Position numbers and translations under genes: made by a program. This document shows positions 44,701 through 57,322 of a stretch of 64,000 nucleotides of DNA, piece after piece; position 1 is the stretch's first letter, and the number at the start of each line of letters is the position of its first letter. Source of the DNA: Sphaerodactylus townsendi (taxonomy: Eukaryota); the NCBI RefSeq assembly GCF_021028975.2, contig NC_059430.1:117428001-117492000 (forward strand), written 5' to 3'. The notes under the pieces are model-generated. The model had not been told where the DNA came from. It ran no database searches and worked only from the letters and a program-made list of their open reading frames with translations.

Positions 44701-47700
44701 AGGGATAGGAGACATCGCATAGATTTCTGCTTGGCCAAGGGGTTCATGATGGAATCACAAGAATCCCATCTCTGTTTTCGGTGACTGATTCTAGCCTGCC
44801 AACTCAAGGAAGGAGAGAACAGAGAGCTGGTGCTTGCAGTTTGACTACTGGAAGCCTTGCCTGTTGGTTCCCTCAGAAATCTCAGACTTTGGCTGACACT
44901 GCACGCACATGTTCAGATTTCTCCTAAATAACTCTAATTGCTAGAAATTTGCTTTAAGAAAAGTTGAAGTTCACATCATTGCAAAGCACAAGACTCAGAA
45001 CTGCACAATATTTTTAGTCCTGTGAAAAGGCCTGGAAGCATATGCAGTAGGCTTTTGTCTTCCAAGGAAACTTAGCGTAAGGTGGTTTTGTTAGCAAGAA
45101 TTTTTTAAAAATTGCTAACAAAAAGCAAATTAGTATTTTCCACCTAAGGCTCACAGGTAAGGGGAACTGCTCCTGTATATCTCTTATAGGGCCTCTTACT
45201 TAAGTGATGACTGCATTAAGTGATTAAGTGATGACTTCTTGTTCCAGACACGAGTCACGTCTGAGGACATGGTTCCAATTTCTTCCCGAGGAAAACTGGA
45301 TGAGAATGAAAGACAAACAGATGTCAAAGATAGTCAGGAGAACCCTGGGAGGACTAGCTTACTGGGTAAGGATTTGCTTATTAAATTGAATATGTATTTT
45401 GCTGTAATCACTTAGCCCTCTGATCTGAACTTCCCAATGATTCATGCAGGTGTAGCAAACCTCAGGATACAGGGATAGGCAAAGTATCCCCAGAATCTTC
45501 ACTAGACAACAGGTAGGGAGTAGATTCTGACTTAAAGGGGAAGCTAGTCACATTTATGACCTAAATACAATCTACCTAACAAGGCATTCAAATAAAAAAT
45601 CTATTCAGATGGATGTTTGATGTTTGGTTCAAGTTACTTGGGTATCGTTGTAATTTGTGACAGCACCAGAAACATGCCACACTTCAAATAACATCAAGTA
45701 CATGCTGATCTGTACATGGGAACTCTATAGGAGACTTCCATATATGAAATGGCTGGATGGCTCTTGAGTGGATCACTGTCAGCCTCCGTCTGTCCTCTGC
45801 ATTATTATTCCAGTAGTACCTGTTGTTATTCTGCTTATGTTATTGTGACCCAAGGCACATTATAAAGGTAAAGGCAGTCCCGTGTGCAAGCCCCAGTCAT
45901 TACTGACCCATGGGGTAGCATCACATCACGACATTTACTAGGCAGACTTTGTTTATGGGGTGGTTTGGTATTACTTTTCCCAGTCATCTACACTTTACCT
46001 CCAGCAAGCAAGTCACATTACAAGTATCATTTTAAAAAAACTTTTCAGGCAATAAGATATGATAACATTTCAATCTAACAGCAAAGTTTGTTAGTAAGCC
46101 CAAAAAAATGCAGTTGGGCTTCAATTATAGAACAGAGTGGAAACCCAAACAATTCATGCAGACATGTCTAAGGTAACAGGACAATCAGTGTAGGAAATAC
46201 TTCATCCTTAATAAAAGCCAGCTCCTGGCCTACAGTGAGATTACCATGAAGGTGAGGGCAGACTGCCAAGCATTTCTGCACAGTTCTGAGTGCAACATTG
46301 TTGATTACTGTGACTGCATCAAAGCTCTTTCTGAGGGTTTGTGCCCTCAAACTCCTGGCTGTAAAGTAAGGAAGCACAACCATCCAGGGAGACTGCATCT
46401 ATGGGCAAGGAGCCCAGGTCTTCTGATTCCCAGCCTAGGGCCTTAACCAAAAGCCCATCTGTTATTTTTTTCTATCTTGGCAGGTCTCTCAAGATAAACT
46501 TATTCTCCATCTTCAGGTACAGAAGCGCACCTTCGTCTGAGGAAGAGACCAAAGATTGCATCCAGGCACAGTGGAGAACATGAAGAGACAACGGCAAAAC
46601 ACAGGAAGCTGGATAATAACCTAGAGGAGCAGGAGGCGACGGAGGCTGCAGAGAGAGTGAACCGCAGGCCGATTCCTGGGTCAGGAAAGCAAGACAGGAA
46701 AGGAAAAGGGCACGAAAGATCTGTTCCAGTTGCTGTGGCTGCGGAGAGTACAGCTGAGGGGCAAGCCAAGGTGGAGGGCAGTGGAAGGGCTTCAAAATCT
46801 CTGAATGGGGCACTTCCTTCTGCCACACTGCGAATGCGGAAGACGCCAGTGAGCCTTGTGCCCTCTCAGCTGGCTTTCGACAAGGATGACATTGTGTCTA
46901 GCCCTTGGCATAGAAATGAAAGCCGCACATCTCCCGAGGCAGATGGACCTTCTCTCAGTGACAGTATTGAGCTGCTGCCGGATTCTCCGTGGAGCGGAAA
47001 CGGCAGCGGTGACACAACCCATGACGGGCCCACTGATTCCAGAGTGGCGCCATCCTGTGCCAACTGCTCTGTCCTGAAGGCTGAGCTGGACACGATCTGT
47101 GAGGAGCTCAGGATAACCCAAGGTAACCACTAGGGGCATGAATGGGAAAGGTGACTTCGCTGGTTCAGGTTGCCAGCCTGTCCTTTACCATGCTGTTGTG
47201 CAAGAAACTGTATTGTGATCACAAGTTCACGTGGCAGGTGATAAGTAAGGGAAAGATAGTCCCCTGTGCAAGCACCAAGTCACTGTGGGGTGGTGTCACA
47301 TCACACCCTTTCCTAGGCAAACTTTGTCTATGCGGTGGTTTGCCATTGCCTTCCCCAGTCCTCTACACTTTAGCCCCAGCAGGCTGGGTACATGTTTTAC
47401 CAACCTCAGAAGGATGAGAGCCAACTCTCTTTTAAATGATTAAGCTGATGTTATGGCTCTTATAACCGTGGTGGCGAACCTGTGGCGCTCCAGGTGTTCA
47501 TGGACTACAATTCCCATCAGCCCCTGCCAGTGTGGCCAATTGACCATGTAGACCGTGAACATCTGGATAAACAATTGGCCATCTGGATCACTGTAGTCCA
47601 TGAACATCTGGATAAACAAGTGGCCATCTGGATCACCGCATAAACAATTGGTCATGCTGGCAGGGGCTGATGGGAATTGTAGTCCATGAACATCCGGAGT

Positions 47701-48642
47701 GCCATAGGTTCGCCACCACTGCTCTATAACAATGGTTTAGCATGGACTGGCCACAGTACAGTGCTAGTGTCAGCACTCCTCGGGAATGTCACCAAGATCA
47801 ACTTCCCATGGGCAAGTCATGTCCCTTTCCACAACTTTGCACACAACCCGGCAGCTTTACACCGGTAACAAGATGCCTGCAAGCAGCAGCCACCAAATTG
47901 AGTAAGGCTGATGTAATAGCGATTGCTTGATGTGGCAAATGTGCCTCCATGTGTTGGCATGGGGAACGAGGAGCACCATGGCAGTACAATGCATAACTAA
48001 ACCCAGAGTTCAAATGCTGTGCATACTTGTGATATTGGTGAGGAAAATCCAGAATTATTCTCTGGTGTCACCAGTGGTGGTTTATGAAATGCTTTGCAGA
48101 AGAAGTGGGTTTTAATGAAGGATCTGAAGGGGAGAAGCCTTCTGGGTAGACAGGGAGAGGCCGTGCCAGGGGTATAGAACTGCATGTAGGAGGCACGCGG
48201 AGAGACTTGAACAATAGCAGATGGTTCTGCAGAACCCAGCCGGGGAGGGGGGAGGTGATCGGAGATATATAGTTGAAGTTAGGAGCCTTAATTCTGAAGA
48301 CAAAGATTTGAAAAGTCAATCTAGTACAGAAACGTGTTGTAAATCGTAGGCTCAAAGATCAATTATTGATAAAAGAAAGATGGCACTAGTGAAGGTCTGA
48401 ACAAAAACTGTCAGCATCTCTTCTATTATCAATCATTCTGTGTACGGACAGTGTTGCAGGTCAGTTTCATGTTTGTTGTTGGTCCAGCTTCCACACTGTA
48501 TGGACTCAGCGGAACCTCCCTGCAAGACTTAACAGAAGCTCTTGGCACCATTGCGCACATCCTCAACAACAGGAAGTCTTCATCAGCCGCAAACGCACCC
48601 CAGAAAGTTGCTGAAATACCCACGAGGCCAGTATGGCAATAG
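41792..48642 (+). CDS. Myb/SANT-like DNA-binding + coiled-coil + SCAN + degenerate KRAB-A protein, ~836 aa (ZSCAN/MSANTD-like, no C2H2 fingers)
   Basis: Exons 41792-42440 (W...E..LLALW...[36 protein letters not shown], Myb/SANT-like); 43669-44651 (coiled coil, then SCAN: [13 protein letters not shown]...[26 protein letters not shown]); 45248-45365 (KRAB-A relic); 46517-47122; 48488-48642 (TAG). All GT-AG and phase-compatible, 2511 nt. Confidence 0.8.
47466..47721. mobile_element. ACTACAATTCCC-family hAT MITE with internal tandem expansion
   Basis: Same arms as 14303; loop contains repeated AACATCTGGATAAACAA..GGCCATCTGGATCAC; TSD CTCT(T)ATAA. Confidence 0.75.
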
Positions 48643-50068
48643 AAAAATGTAAGTCTTTCCCTGCCTCCTATCCTGTGTTTTTTTCCCAAAAAATGATTGG
48701 TTCTTCTCATATCATCTGCTTCTCACTCTTTGTTCCCCAGAAACAGTATTTTCAACACTTTGTCTTTTTCCATAGTGAAAGCAGGCAAAAAAGAAGAGGG
48801 TGCAAAAATGCAGTTTAGTGGGAATTGTATTCCCTAAAGATTTAGCTTTGTTACTTATTTTGTAAGATGGAGTCTGTAGCTTTCCCCTGGCTCCAGAGCA
48901 GATGGCTGCAGCAAGAACTGAAATAGTTCTTTTAAAAAGCAGGCAGCCTGACTTGAGGAGGGTACAAGGACACCCTTTGCTCTTGGATTAAACCTATTAT
49001 CCATCACCATCAGAGGTTCCTGGCTTCAGAAGTGAGTGGGGATGAGGATGGCTCCTGATCTGGGAACAGATTGGGACAAAGTCCCACTCCTGAAAGAATT
49101 CTCCAGGTCCCAGATGGGGGAGAGACAGGGGTAAGGACTCTAATACTGAAAACACAAGCAGACAGTGAGGACAAGGAGCTCTGGTCTAGATCGTGTTGAA
49201 TAGCCCCTCTTTGAAAGAAGAACAAGGGAAATACTAGTACAATTACCGTCCTCTTTTTTCTCTCTGCGTTGGCAGAGTACTGTCCTATCACTTGGATAGG
49301 ATAACTCCGGGTTAGGAAATACCTGGAGATTTTGGGGGTGGAGCCTGAGGAGGGTGGGGTTTGGAGCACAGAGGGGCTTCAATGGGGTATAATGCCATAG
49401 AGTCCCTCCTTCCAAAGCAGCCACTTTCTCCAGGTCAACTGATCTCTGTCCTCCGGAAGTCAGTTGTAATAATGGGAGATCTTGTAGCTACCACTTTGAA
49501 GCTGGCAAGCCTACCTGTCACTCTTGAGGAGCATAATGTATCCAGGTGTGTGCCTTTTACCTCTGTTGCACAACAACTGGTGGGGCAAGCCCTGAGAGTT
49601 TCCCCTTCCTCCATAGTCTTTTGTTTTCAGCTTTGTACAAGACTAAGTGATTTAGTTCTCTGCTCATATAACACACTGCCAGATATCTGCACCATCAGTT
49701 TACCTGGCCTTCATCATAAATTGTAGTGACACGTTGGAGAGGTTCTAACAGTCACCATACGCACGCAGAGTATAATTAATGTTGTTAAAGCAAAGTTTCC
49801 AAATGTTTTGGTTACTGGGGGAATGTAGAAATTGTTGTACCTGAGAATTGTGAAAGGAACAAGCTTTTGAAAAAGCTTCAACCATTTTTAGTATGCTTAG
49901 TTTACACTTCTTAAAGAAAATCTAAGTGGAACTTCTGCTTGTTTAACTAACAGTTTTTAAAAAATTTTACATTCTTAGAATTTCTGAACCACCGAATGAT
50001 CTGAACGTACTCCAGCATGAAGGCAACCAAGAAATTCAACAGCAATAGCGACAGCATTAGGATGAAGG

Positions 50069-50204
50069 CAGTGGTAGGATTCAAATAATTTAACAACCGG
50101 TTCCAAAAGGACTCAGTGGTGGGATTACAACTATTCTCTGAAATAGACAACAAATTAGCTACTGGTTCTACAAATAAGTGCGAATAGGATGAATCCCACC
50201 TCTG
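50069..50204. mobile_element. Short hAT MITE
   Basis: Perfect TSD GATGAAGG; related to 9442-9577. Confidence 0.8.
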
Positions 50205-51334
50205 GATGAAGGCCTCAATTTTTAGCAACAGCAGTGTCCTCAGCTCTTGTTGTTGGAGTTCTGCGATTGACCTTGCTACATTCTTTCTCCCCACTCCCTA
50301 TCATCCTTAGAGGATCATGTAAGTTGCTAGGGCTGCAGCAAGACTTAGAAGCCCCAGAGCTGATATTCTTTGCCTGCAGTGGGGCAGATACCATCATGAT
50401 TTGATTTGCCCTTTAAATGTGAAACTAGGGTTCATTTGTGTGTGTTTTTTTAAATACAGTAGTAGCTGTTTCTCCCCATTCCTGATCCGATCCAAATAAA
50501 GCAATTGGGAACATGTTTGTTTCAATTCTCTCTGTGAGCAATAAATCACGTCTGCAATTGAGCCAAAAAGGATGTGGAACTGCTCCTTATTCATTCCTTA
50601 AGTCAAAATATGAAGATCTTGCAGGAAAAAAGGTACCTTCTGCCTCTGGAAAGAATCTTGGGTTAGACAGCTGGAAAAGTTAACTCCTGTTATTTCTCGT
50701 TATCATCGAGCAAACCTTTTCCCATATGGATTCTGTGATTCCTGCCATCAGCCACGTCATTCTTTTCCAAGTAAGGTCTGTTGTTCTTTTTCTCCAGTAC
50801 CCTCCGTAAAAACATTGCTTAGTGGAATAAGCCAGAATATTTGTTGAGAGTGGGTTGGATGCAGTCAGCTTGTTCACACTATTTCACCCAATTCCCTCCT
50901 TACCAGAGCCAACATCTCACATGACTTTGATCCATGAAGGTCCCGTGATCCCTAGCATAGCCTCTTTCCTGGCCGAAGGGAACTCTCTCCTTTTTTCACC
51001 AGAAGAATAGTTGACTAGATCTAATCTAGTGCTCTACGGTGTGATTCAGTGAGACCATTTGCCTGTTTAGCTGAGCCCTATTTACTCTGACAGAAACTTC
51101 AGAGTCTCAGACACAGGGCTTACATATTCTTTATTTCATTTTTATGCCAGTCTTCATGTAAAGAGATCTGGGCAGCACAGATGGTCTATTCAGATTTTCT
51201 TCTCACAACAATCTGGTGAAGCTGATTAGACTGGGAGTTGGTGGGCCAAGGCCACTGGATAACATTCATGGGTGTGTAGGTACTCAAAGCCATATCTCAC
51301 TGATCTAAGCCAAATATGGTTAACTGCTTCTTTA

Positions 51335-51480
51335 CTGTAAAGACTTTCACAGCTGGAATCAATGGGCTGTTGTAGATTTTCTGGGCTGTGTGGCCCTGGT
51401 CTGGAAGTTTTTGCTCCTAACATTTTGCCCGCATCTATGCCTGGCATCTTTAGAGGCATGTCACAGTAAGATGTATGCCC
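51335..51480. mobile_element. Penelope-derived fragment (degenerate)
   Basis: Similar to the left arm of 33907-34130 and to 32372-32470. Confidence 0.6.
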
Positions 51481-54149
51481 TATCCCACCTTTCACTCCAA
51501 TGAACAGCTGTCATTGTTTTTCTCTCCTCCATGAGGTAGGTTAGACTGAGACTGTGTCACTGGCTCAAGATTAGCCAGCAAGCATTTGTGGCAGAGTAGG
51601 GGATTTAAACCTAGCAATCTTAGATGTGAAAGGTGGAAATGATAAAGGAAATGGAGCCTGTCCGAACATGCAAAAAGCATTTACACTGATAATACATCAA
51701 CACCTTTGAAGACTTGCTTTTTGTAGAGCAAACCAATCTTCGCCTCACACTGTCTGAACCATCAAGGGTGCCTGTATTGCTGAGGGACAAAAATCAAGGG
51801 GCACTTATCCCTTGAGGAGTCCATAGAGCTGGGGAACACATGGGATTTATTTACATGTAATATTTGGATTGGATTTGTGTTGCAGGATTTTGAGTACAGT
51901 GATCCCAGCCCTTACGTCTTTCTCTGAACTTGGGTTTTGGTCCTTTCTCCCACAAGCCTTTGCAAATTACTAGTACAAGTTCCAAAGCTGCAGTGCCCTG
52001 CTGTGGCCCTTCCTCTGTCATTGCAGACGTTCCAGAGACAAAGGGAGTGCCAGTCTCAAGTCTAAACAACATAGATTACTTGATGCTAAGCGTTCCCAGT
52101 CCCAGAGATTAGCCTTTGAGACAGCAAACCAGCTACGGCCATAACTCTGTATGGTGTATGTATTCCCCATACTTGCCCTTATTTCTTTTGAGGATCTGAA
52201 AGATGTTCTCTGTTCCATGGGAAGATGATAGCTTGGTCAATTAAGGTACAGTGGTTAAAAAAACTGTATGCACCCACATTAGAATATAGTCCTGAACAAA
52301 TATGAGAATTATAATTCATCTTTATATGCTACCTTTGTTAAAACCATTATTTTGTGCCTTATTAAACATGATACTTTGATACAAGAGCATTTGTGCCAAA
52401 TATATTTTTACTTTCAAACCGATAGGGGGGAGCAGGACTAGGTAGCCACTAAAACCCAGGTGGAGCATGCTTTATTCCATGGTGGAGGAATATACAATCC
52501 TACTACCATCTTTCTGTGGAACAGAGCATAGCTAACAACAGCTTAAACTGGTACCTCCTATGGATTCCCAAGGTAAATATATCTGATGAGTTCTTCATGC
52601 AGGGCTCCGTGCCAATTCCACCAGTTCTTCGAGCAGGCCTTGGTATGCAGACCAAATATATTCCTTATTCTTACTATATTATGCTTAGTGGAATTTCTCA
52701 CATATTACTACTATGTATAGTTCTGTTGCATAGAATGACTAAGGTAAAATAAATGGCTGTAGCTTGTGCTTGGGTCTCTCTGTCTGTCTCTGCAAAGTTC
52801 ATCGCCCAGCCTCTCACTTCATCCAGCCCACGAATCCATAGGGTCCAAGATTGGTGCCATGACTCAGATTGGGACTGTGGATGTGAATGGGGCTTATTTT
52901 ACTGGTTTTGACACTCTCGGAGGAGTGGGGCAAGCTCCCTTCCTCCGCTACATTTCTGGAGATTGTCTTTTTATTCTCTCTTCACGTTGAGGAAGACAGT
53001 GGGAGAGGCTGAACTTTAATTATTGTGGGGAGGCATTATGCTTAAACCCTTGTTGATGGCAGCACCTCATACCGTAACATAAACCTAAACTTTAGGGCTT
53101 GGCTGTAGGATTGCACAAGTGGCCACGACTGGCTACCAGTATATTCAGGTAATCCAGGGATTCTGCAAACCCACAAGGTTTTAGCCAACTCACTGAGGAC
53201 ATCCTAGGCCCTGGGATTAGAATTTTTCAATCCAGTCACAGTGGCAACAGCTAATCCTTTTTTTCTGGAACTGTGATGTCTATGTATGTCTGGCATCTGG
53301 ATGTGCAGTGTTGGAGCTTCATCTGTTGACAAGAGTGAAAACTGCAGATCTGAATGTATTTGCTCTATTTAAGAGTAGTGGCATCATATATATCTATGCA
53401 AACACTGAGATTGGATAATTTCTCAGTGTCGTTCAAGGCTGGGATGGGATCTCAGGGTCAGGTCAGGGCGAGCGGCTGCCAGCTTACTCTTGAAGGGAAA
53501 CACCTAGCCTCAACATATCAGCTTGCTGCCTTCTTCCTCCTTGTTCATCTCCTCCTTTCAGTTTGCATGGCAGGGTGACCTATCAAATCGAATAAATTGA
53601 AATGGGGTGGGGGGTGGGATAGACCCCCCCCCCAGTCTTTCTGCACCTCTGCCTGCTCCGTTACAACCGACAAAGATTTTTATTAAAATTATTATCTTTA
53701 TTATTAAAAATATGCAGCACAGACGTCCGCCTTCTATATCCCTATCTAGGGTTTTTTTCCTATGCCATCTTGCTGGAATTAAAAAAATGTTTATAGTGTT
53801 TATATTTTAATACTATTTTTATATGACTATTGTTTTTATATGTTTTACATGTAAGCCGCCTCGAGTCCCTCGGGAGATTGGCGGGGCAAAAACGTAATAT
53901 ATAAATAAAATAAATATATATTTTTAAAAGACAGTGAGACAGAGATGCAAAGGAGGGATTCGTTCATTGGCTACAACAGGGGAAGGGCCTGATTCGAATG
54001 GTCTCCTAAACATTTTCTCTATTATCTCAGCAACGTATTGGAGACTTTTGCCCGGAGAGAGCCCGGCTGATCCATGCTCTGGGGCAGCGTCTTCGTTTCC
54101 TTCGCGGACACTTCCACAAAAGGATCCCCCGACTCTGCTCCCCAAGCGT

Positions 54150-54607
54150 TTTCACCATAGACTCGCCTAGAGCCAGAGCGGCGTCGCTCTGCGCCTTTAA
54201 GGAACACTGCCACCAATGGCGGCTCACGTTGTTTACAGGCAGCCGGATACCTATGTAAAACGAGCAGTGATTGGTTCCTCCCCGGAAGTGCGTTTCGGAG
54301 GCTCAGTCGCACCTGGGCCTGGAAGCGGGTAGGTGTCGCGAAGGGGCTTCGGCTCCGTTTTGTCGGGGGGCTCCGGGTTTATTGCGCAGGAGGGAGGCGG
54401 CAGGCTGGGATCCGGACCGAATTGCAAACTGAGGTGGCCGAGTTGCAGAAACTCGCATTCTGACCCCGCCTGGGGCCGCGTTCAGACGTGAGGGAGAGAA
54501 AGCGAGAGGGGACACCGAGGGAGGGGTAGGTAAGAGAGGAAGGAAGTGGCTTTTTCCCCTTCCCGCCGCAATCAAGTCAATCTTTGCTACAGTCACAGAC
54601 CAGCAAG
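54150..54607 (+). promoter_or_regulatory. CpG-island promoter / non-coding exon 1 of the SCAN-only gene
   Basis: High CpG; CCAAT ~54212, ATTGG ~54270, ETS CCGGAAGTG 54282-54290; donors GG/GTAGGT ~54328 and AAG/GTAAGT 54607/54608; downstream acceptor at 56380. Confidence 0.65.
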
Positions 54608-56479
54608 GTAAGTCAGATAAAGGATAAACCATGTTAAAGGACAAAGTACTTGTATTGTTTTTATGATTTTATATGTTTTTATATATATGTAAGCCGCCTC
54701 GAGTCCCTTGGGAGATTGGCGGGATATACACATAAAATATAAAATAAATAAATACAAATAAAGCACATTAAAACAGTACATATGTATGTAGAAAGAGCTG
54801 AATGCAAAAACTACTGGTAAAAGGAAGTTGGGATCTCCAGAGGTAGGAAGGAAACAGAGTAAAAGCATAAATACTGAAGAGGAATTAAAACTTTGAAAAC
54901 TGTAAAAGGGGAGGGTAGGCATAATAAGCATTCAACATCTGCATAAGGCTGCCTTCGGGTCCATTAGGCTTCACGTAACAATGTGTTAGTGGAGGGTTAA
55001 AAGTGGCCTCCATTTAATAGACTACTTTGTTTAATGTGGCTTGTTCCTGCGGAAAACAAATGAGCAAATTGTGAAGGCAGATCCATCTAATGGAGTCAGC
55101 TCCTGTATAATCAGATCATCCAACATAATCAGGTGGGAGGAGACATCACTTGCATGTTTTGTTGCAAATCTCTTGCAAACAGGAAAAGTGCAGAAACGTA
55201 TTAAATAGGGGCCTGCTTGTTCTTAACTTTTTCCCCTTGGCGTTTTGGCGTTGAGCTTTTGTCCAGAAGCTTTACACTGTAGTACACTGGTGTGTTCGCT
55301 ATCATTAACAAAAATCATGGTCAGAGGTGATGGTGTACAAGAACAGCAAGCTAACAATCTAGCACATGAATAACAAAATAAAGGTCTTTCAGGTTAAGTG
55401 GTTGCTTATTTGCATCCTGAGCTTGCACAAGGTGAGAGTCACATTCTGATTACAAATGGGGCAGTGTAAAACTGTTAAGCATGCAACTATTCAGGAGTAA
55501 GTCCCCTGGGATTCATCAAGACTTACTGAAAATAATTGGGTGTTAGATCCATGGTGGACAAAGGAAATACTATCAATAACTGGTGAAAATTTCCTGCCTC
55601 ATAATTTATTTCATTTAACTTCATTTCTCCTGTGCCTTTTTCCTTAATGGGCACCCAAAACAGCTTACGACGTAGTCCTTCCCTCTTAAATGTTATTCTT
55701 CAAACAACCCACTGGAAGGTAGATTTGGCTAAGAGTTTGAATCTGTTTCCATGTCACTCAGCAGGCTTTGGTGGCAGAGTGCGCAGTTGAACCTGAGCCT
55801 CCACAGATTCTACGATTTTTAAAAAATAATATTGATTTTATCAACAAAAAGTTACAGAAAATGGACAGAAAGTTAAAAAAAATAAACATAATAATAATAG
55901 TAATACATTTTAGGGCTGATTATATTAGCGGGATCTGCATTATAACCTTGTCATATTAAGAAAGATAAATTAACATTAGGTAGTATGCTAAATAAGAACA
56001 CCCTTAATCATTAAGCAATCTAGCTATTTCTCACATCGTTCTCTTTGATTATATTTTAAAAAGAAGCTATTAGACAGATACGTATACTTTTTTGTACATA
56101 AAGAAAACCATGTTACGATAGTCGGTTAAATTCTTGTTCCAGTCAGGCTATTAAAATGTTATTTATACTTAACTGCAAATTATTTATGCATATACATCTG
56201 CGTATGTGTTAAAAAAAGGAACATTCTTCCATATGAATAAGAAGTCCAGCACTTGCAAAACTGTAATACCAGTAGATACCCTAGTCTGGAGGGAATGGTT
56301 TTTATCCAGGCTGCTCCCATATCTTGACACACTGTGCTAACTTGTGGCTTGAACATGAATTCTGTCTCTCTCTCCCCCAGGTTTAGTTTTTTATAGGAAA
56401 GAGAAAGTAGCCCACGAGGAGGCCTGTGTTCCCCACATCTCAGAAGAAAAAGCATTGGTGAGCAGCACTGCTGTGAAGG

Positions 56480-57322
56480 ATGAGCACAAAGAACCAAGAG
56501 CCAAGCCTGGATCCGTCCCATGCCGACCCAAGGGAGGAGAGGGATCCACCCAGCAGAGCCGAGCATCAAAGTTTGGACAGAGATGAGCCCGAGGCAGCCG
56601 GCGATGATGCAGAAGGAGGAGGAGCCAAGCTTTCAGAGATGTCTCAGCAATCTGCCAATCAGTGTCCAACCAGAATGAGCTTGCCAGTAAAATGTGAAGA
56701 AGAGCCAAAGACTGAGGCAGGCGTGGCATCCTGTTCCTCAAAGGTGGCCGCGCCATCTCCTATGCCTTCCTTAGGAGAAGGGAAGGGGTCAAAGAGGATG
56801 ATGGAGGACGATGCCGAAGCCTTTAAAGAAATGCCAGATGTCTGCCAAGATGCTCGGGGGCCAGGGAGGGCAATGCTATTGCCTGACCTCTTTGGAGACG
56901 CCCAGCAAGCTCACAGCAGCCTGGAGGCTGGCAGGGCCGGGGGCTGCGGCAAAGTGGAGCAAGCCGTCCCGTGCCTTTCCAACATGGGCTCGGAGAACCA
57001 GCGGAAACGGTTCCGGGGCTTCGCGTACAAAGAGACTGAAGGCCCTCAGGTGGCTTACGAGCGGCTGCAGGATCTCTTGTTCCAGTGGCTGCAACCGGAG
57101 GCCCGGAGCAAGGAGGAGATTGTGGAGCAGCTGGTTCTCGAACAGTTCCTGAACCTCCTCCCGGAGGACGTTCAGCGCTGGGTTCGGGAGCGCCACCCCG
57201 AAAATGGAGACGAGGCTGTGGCTCTGGCGGAAGACTACCAGTTTCTGCACCCGGAGCCTGGGAGGCGGCCGTACCCGGAAAGGGCAAGGCAGAGAGCTTC
57301 GGCGAGAAGTTGGCTTCGCTGA
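56480..57322 (+). CDS. SCAN-domain protein, 280 aa, with Gag capsid-like pre-SCAN segment and no zinc fingers
   Basis: Acceptor TCTCCCCCAG at 56380; [17 protein letters not shown]...[51 protein letters not shown]; stop TGA 33 nt upstream of donor CG/GTAAGT (57355). Confidence 0.75.
   Translation: MSTKNQEPSLDPSHADPREERDPPSRAEHQSLDRDEPEAAGDDAEGGGAKLSEMSQQSANQCPTRMSLPVKCEEEPKTEAGVASCSSKVAAPSPMPSLGEGKGSKRMMEDDAEAFKEMPDVCQDARGPGRAMLLPDLFGDAQQAHSSLEAGRAGGCGKVEQAVPCLSNMGSENQRKRFRGFAYKETEGPQVAYERLQDLLFQWLQPEARSKEEIVEQLVLEQFLNLLPEDVQRWVRERHPENGDEAVALAEDYQFLHPEPGRRPYPERARQRASARSWLR

Noticed and set aside
46484-46497. Acceptor at 46483 as the main exon start
   Set aside because: Gives an in-frame TAA after three codons; the acceptor at 46516 keeps the frame open
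47540-47660. Repeat-spacer-like array
   Set aside because: Internal duplications of a MITE loop in eukaryotic DNA; not CRISPR
51780-53300. Possible gene remnant
   Set aside because: No sustained ORF; a GLYIPP-like peptide on the minus strand suggests a highly decayed LINE endonuclease, too weak to annotate
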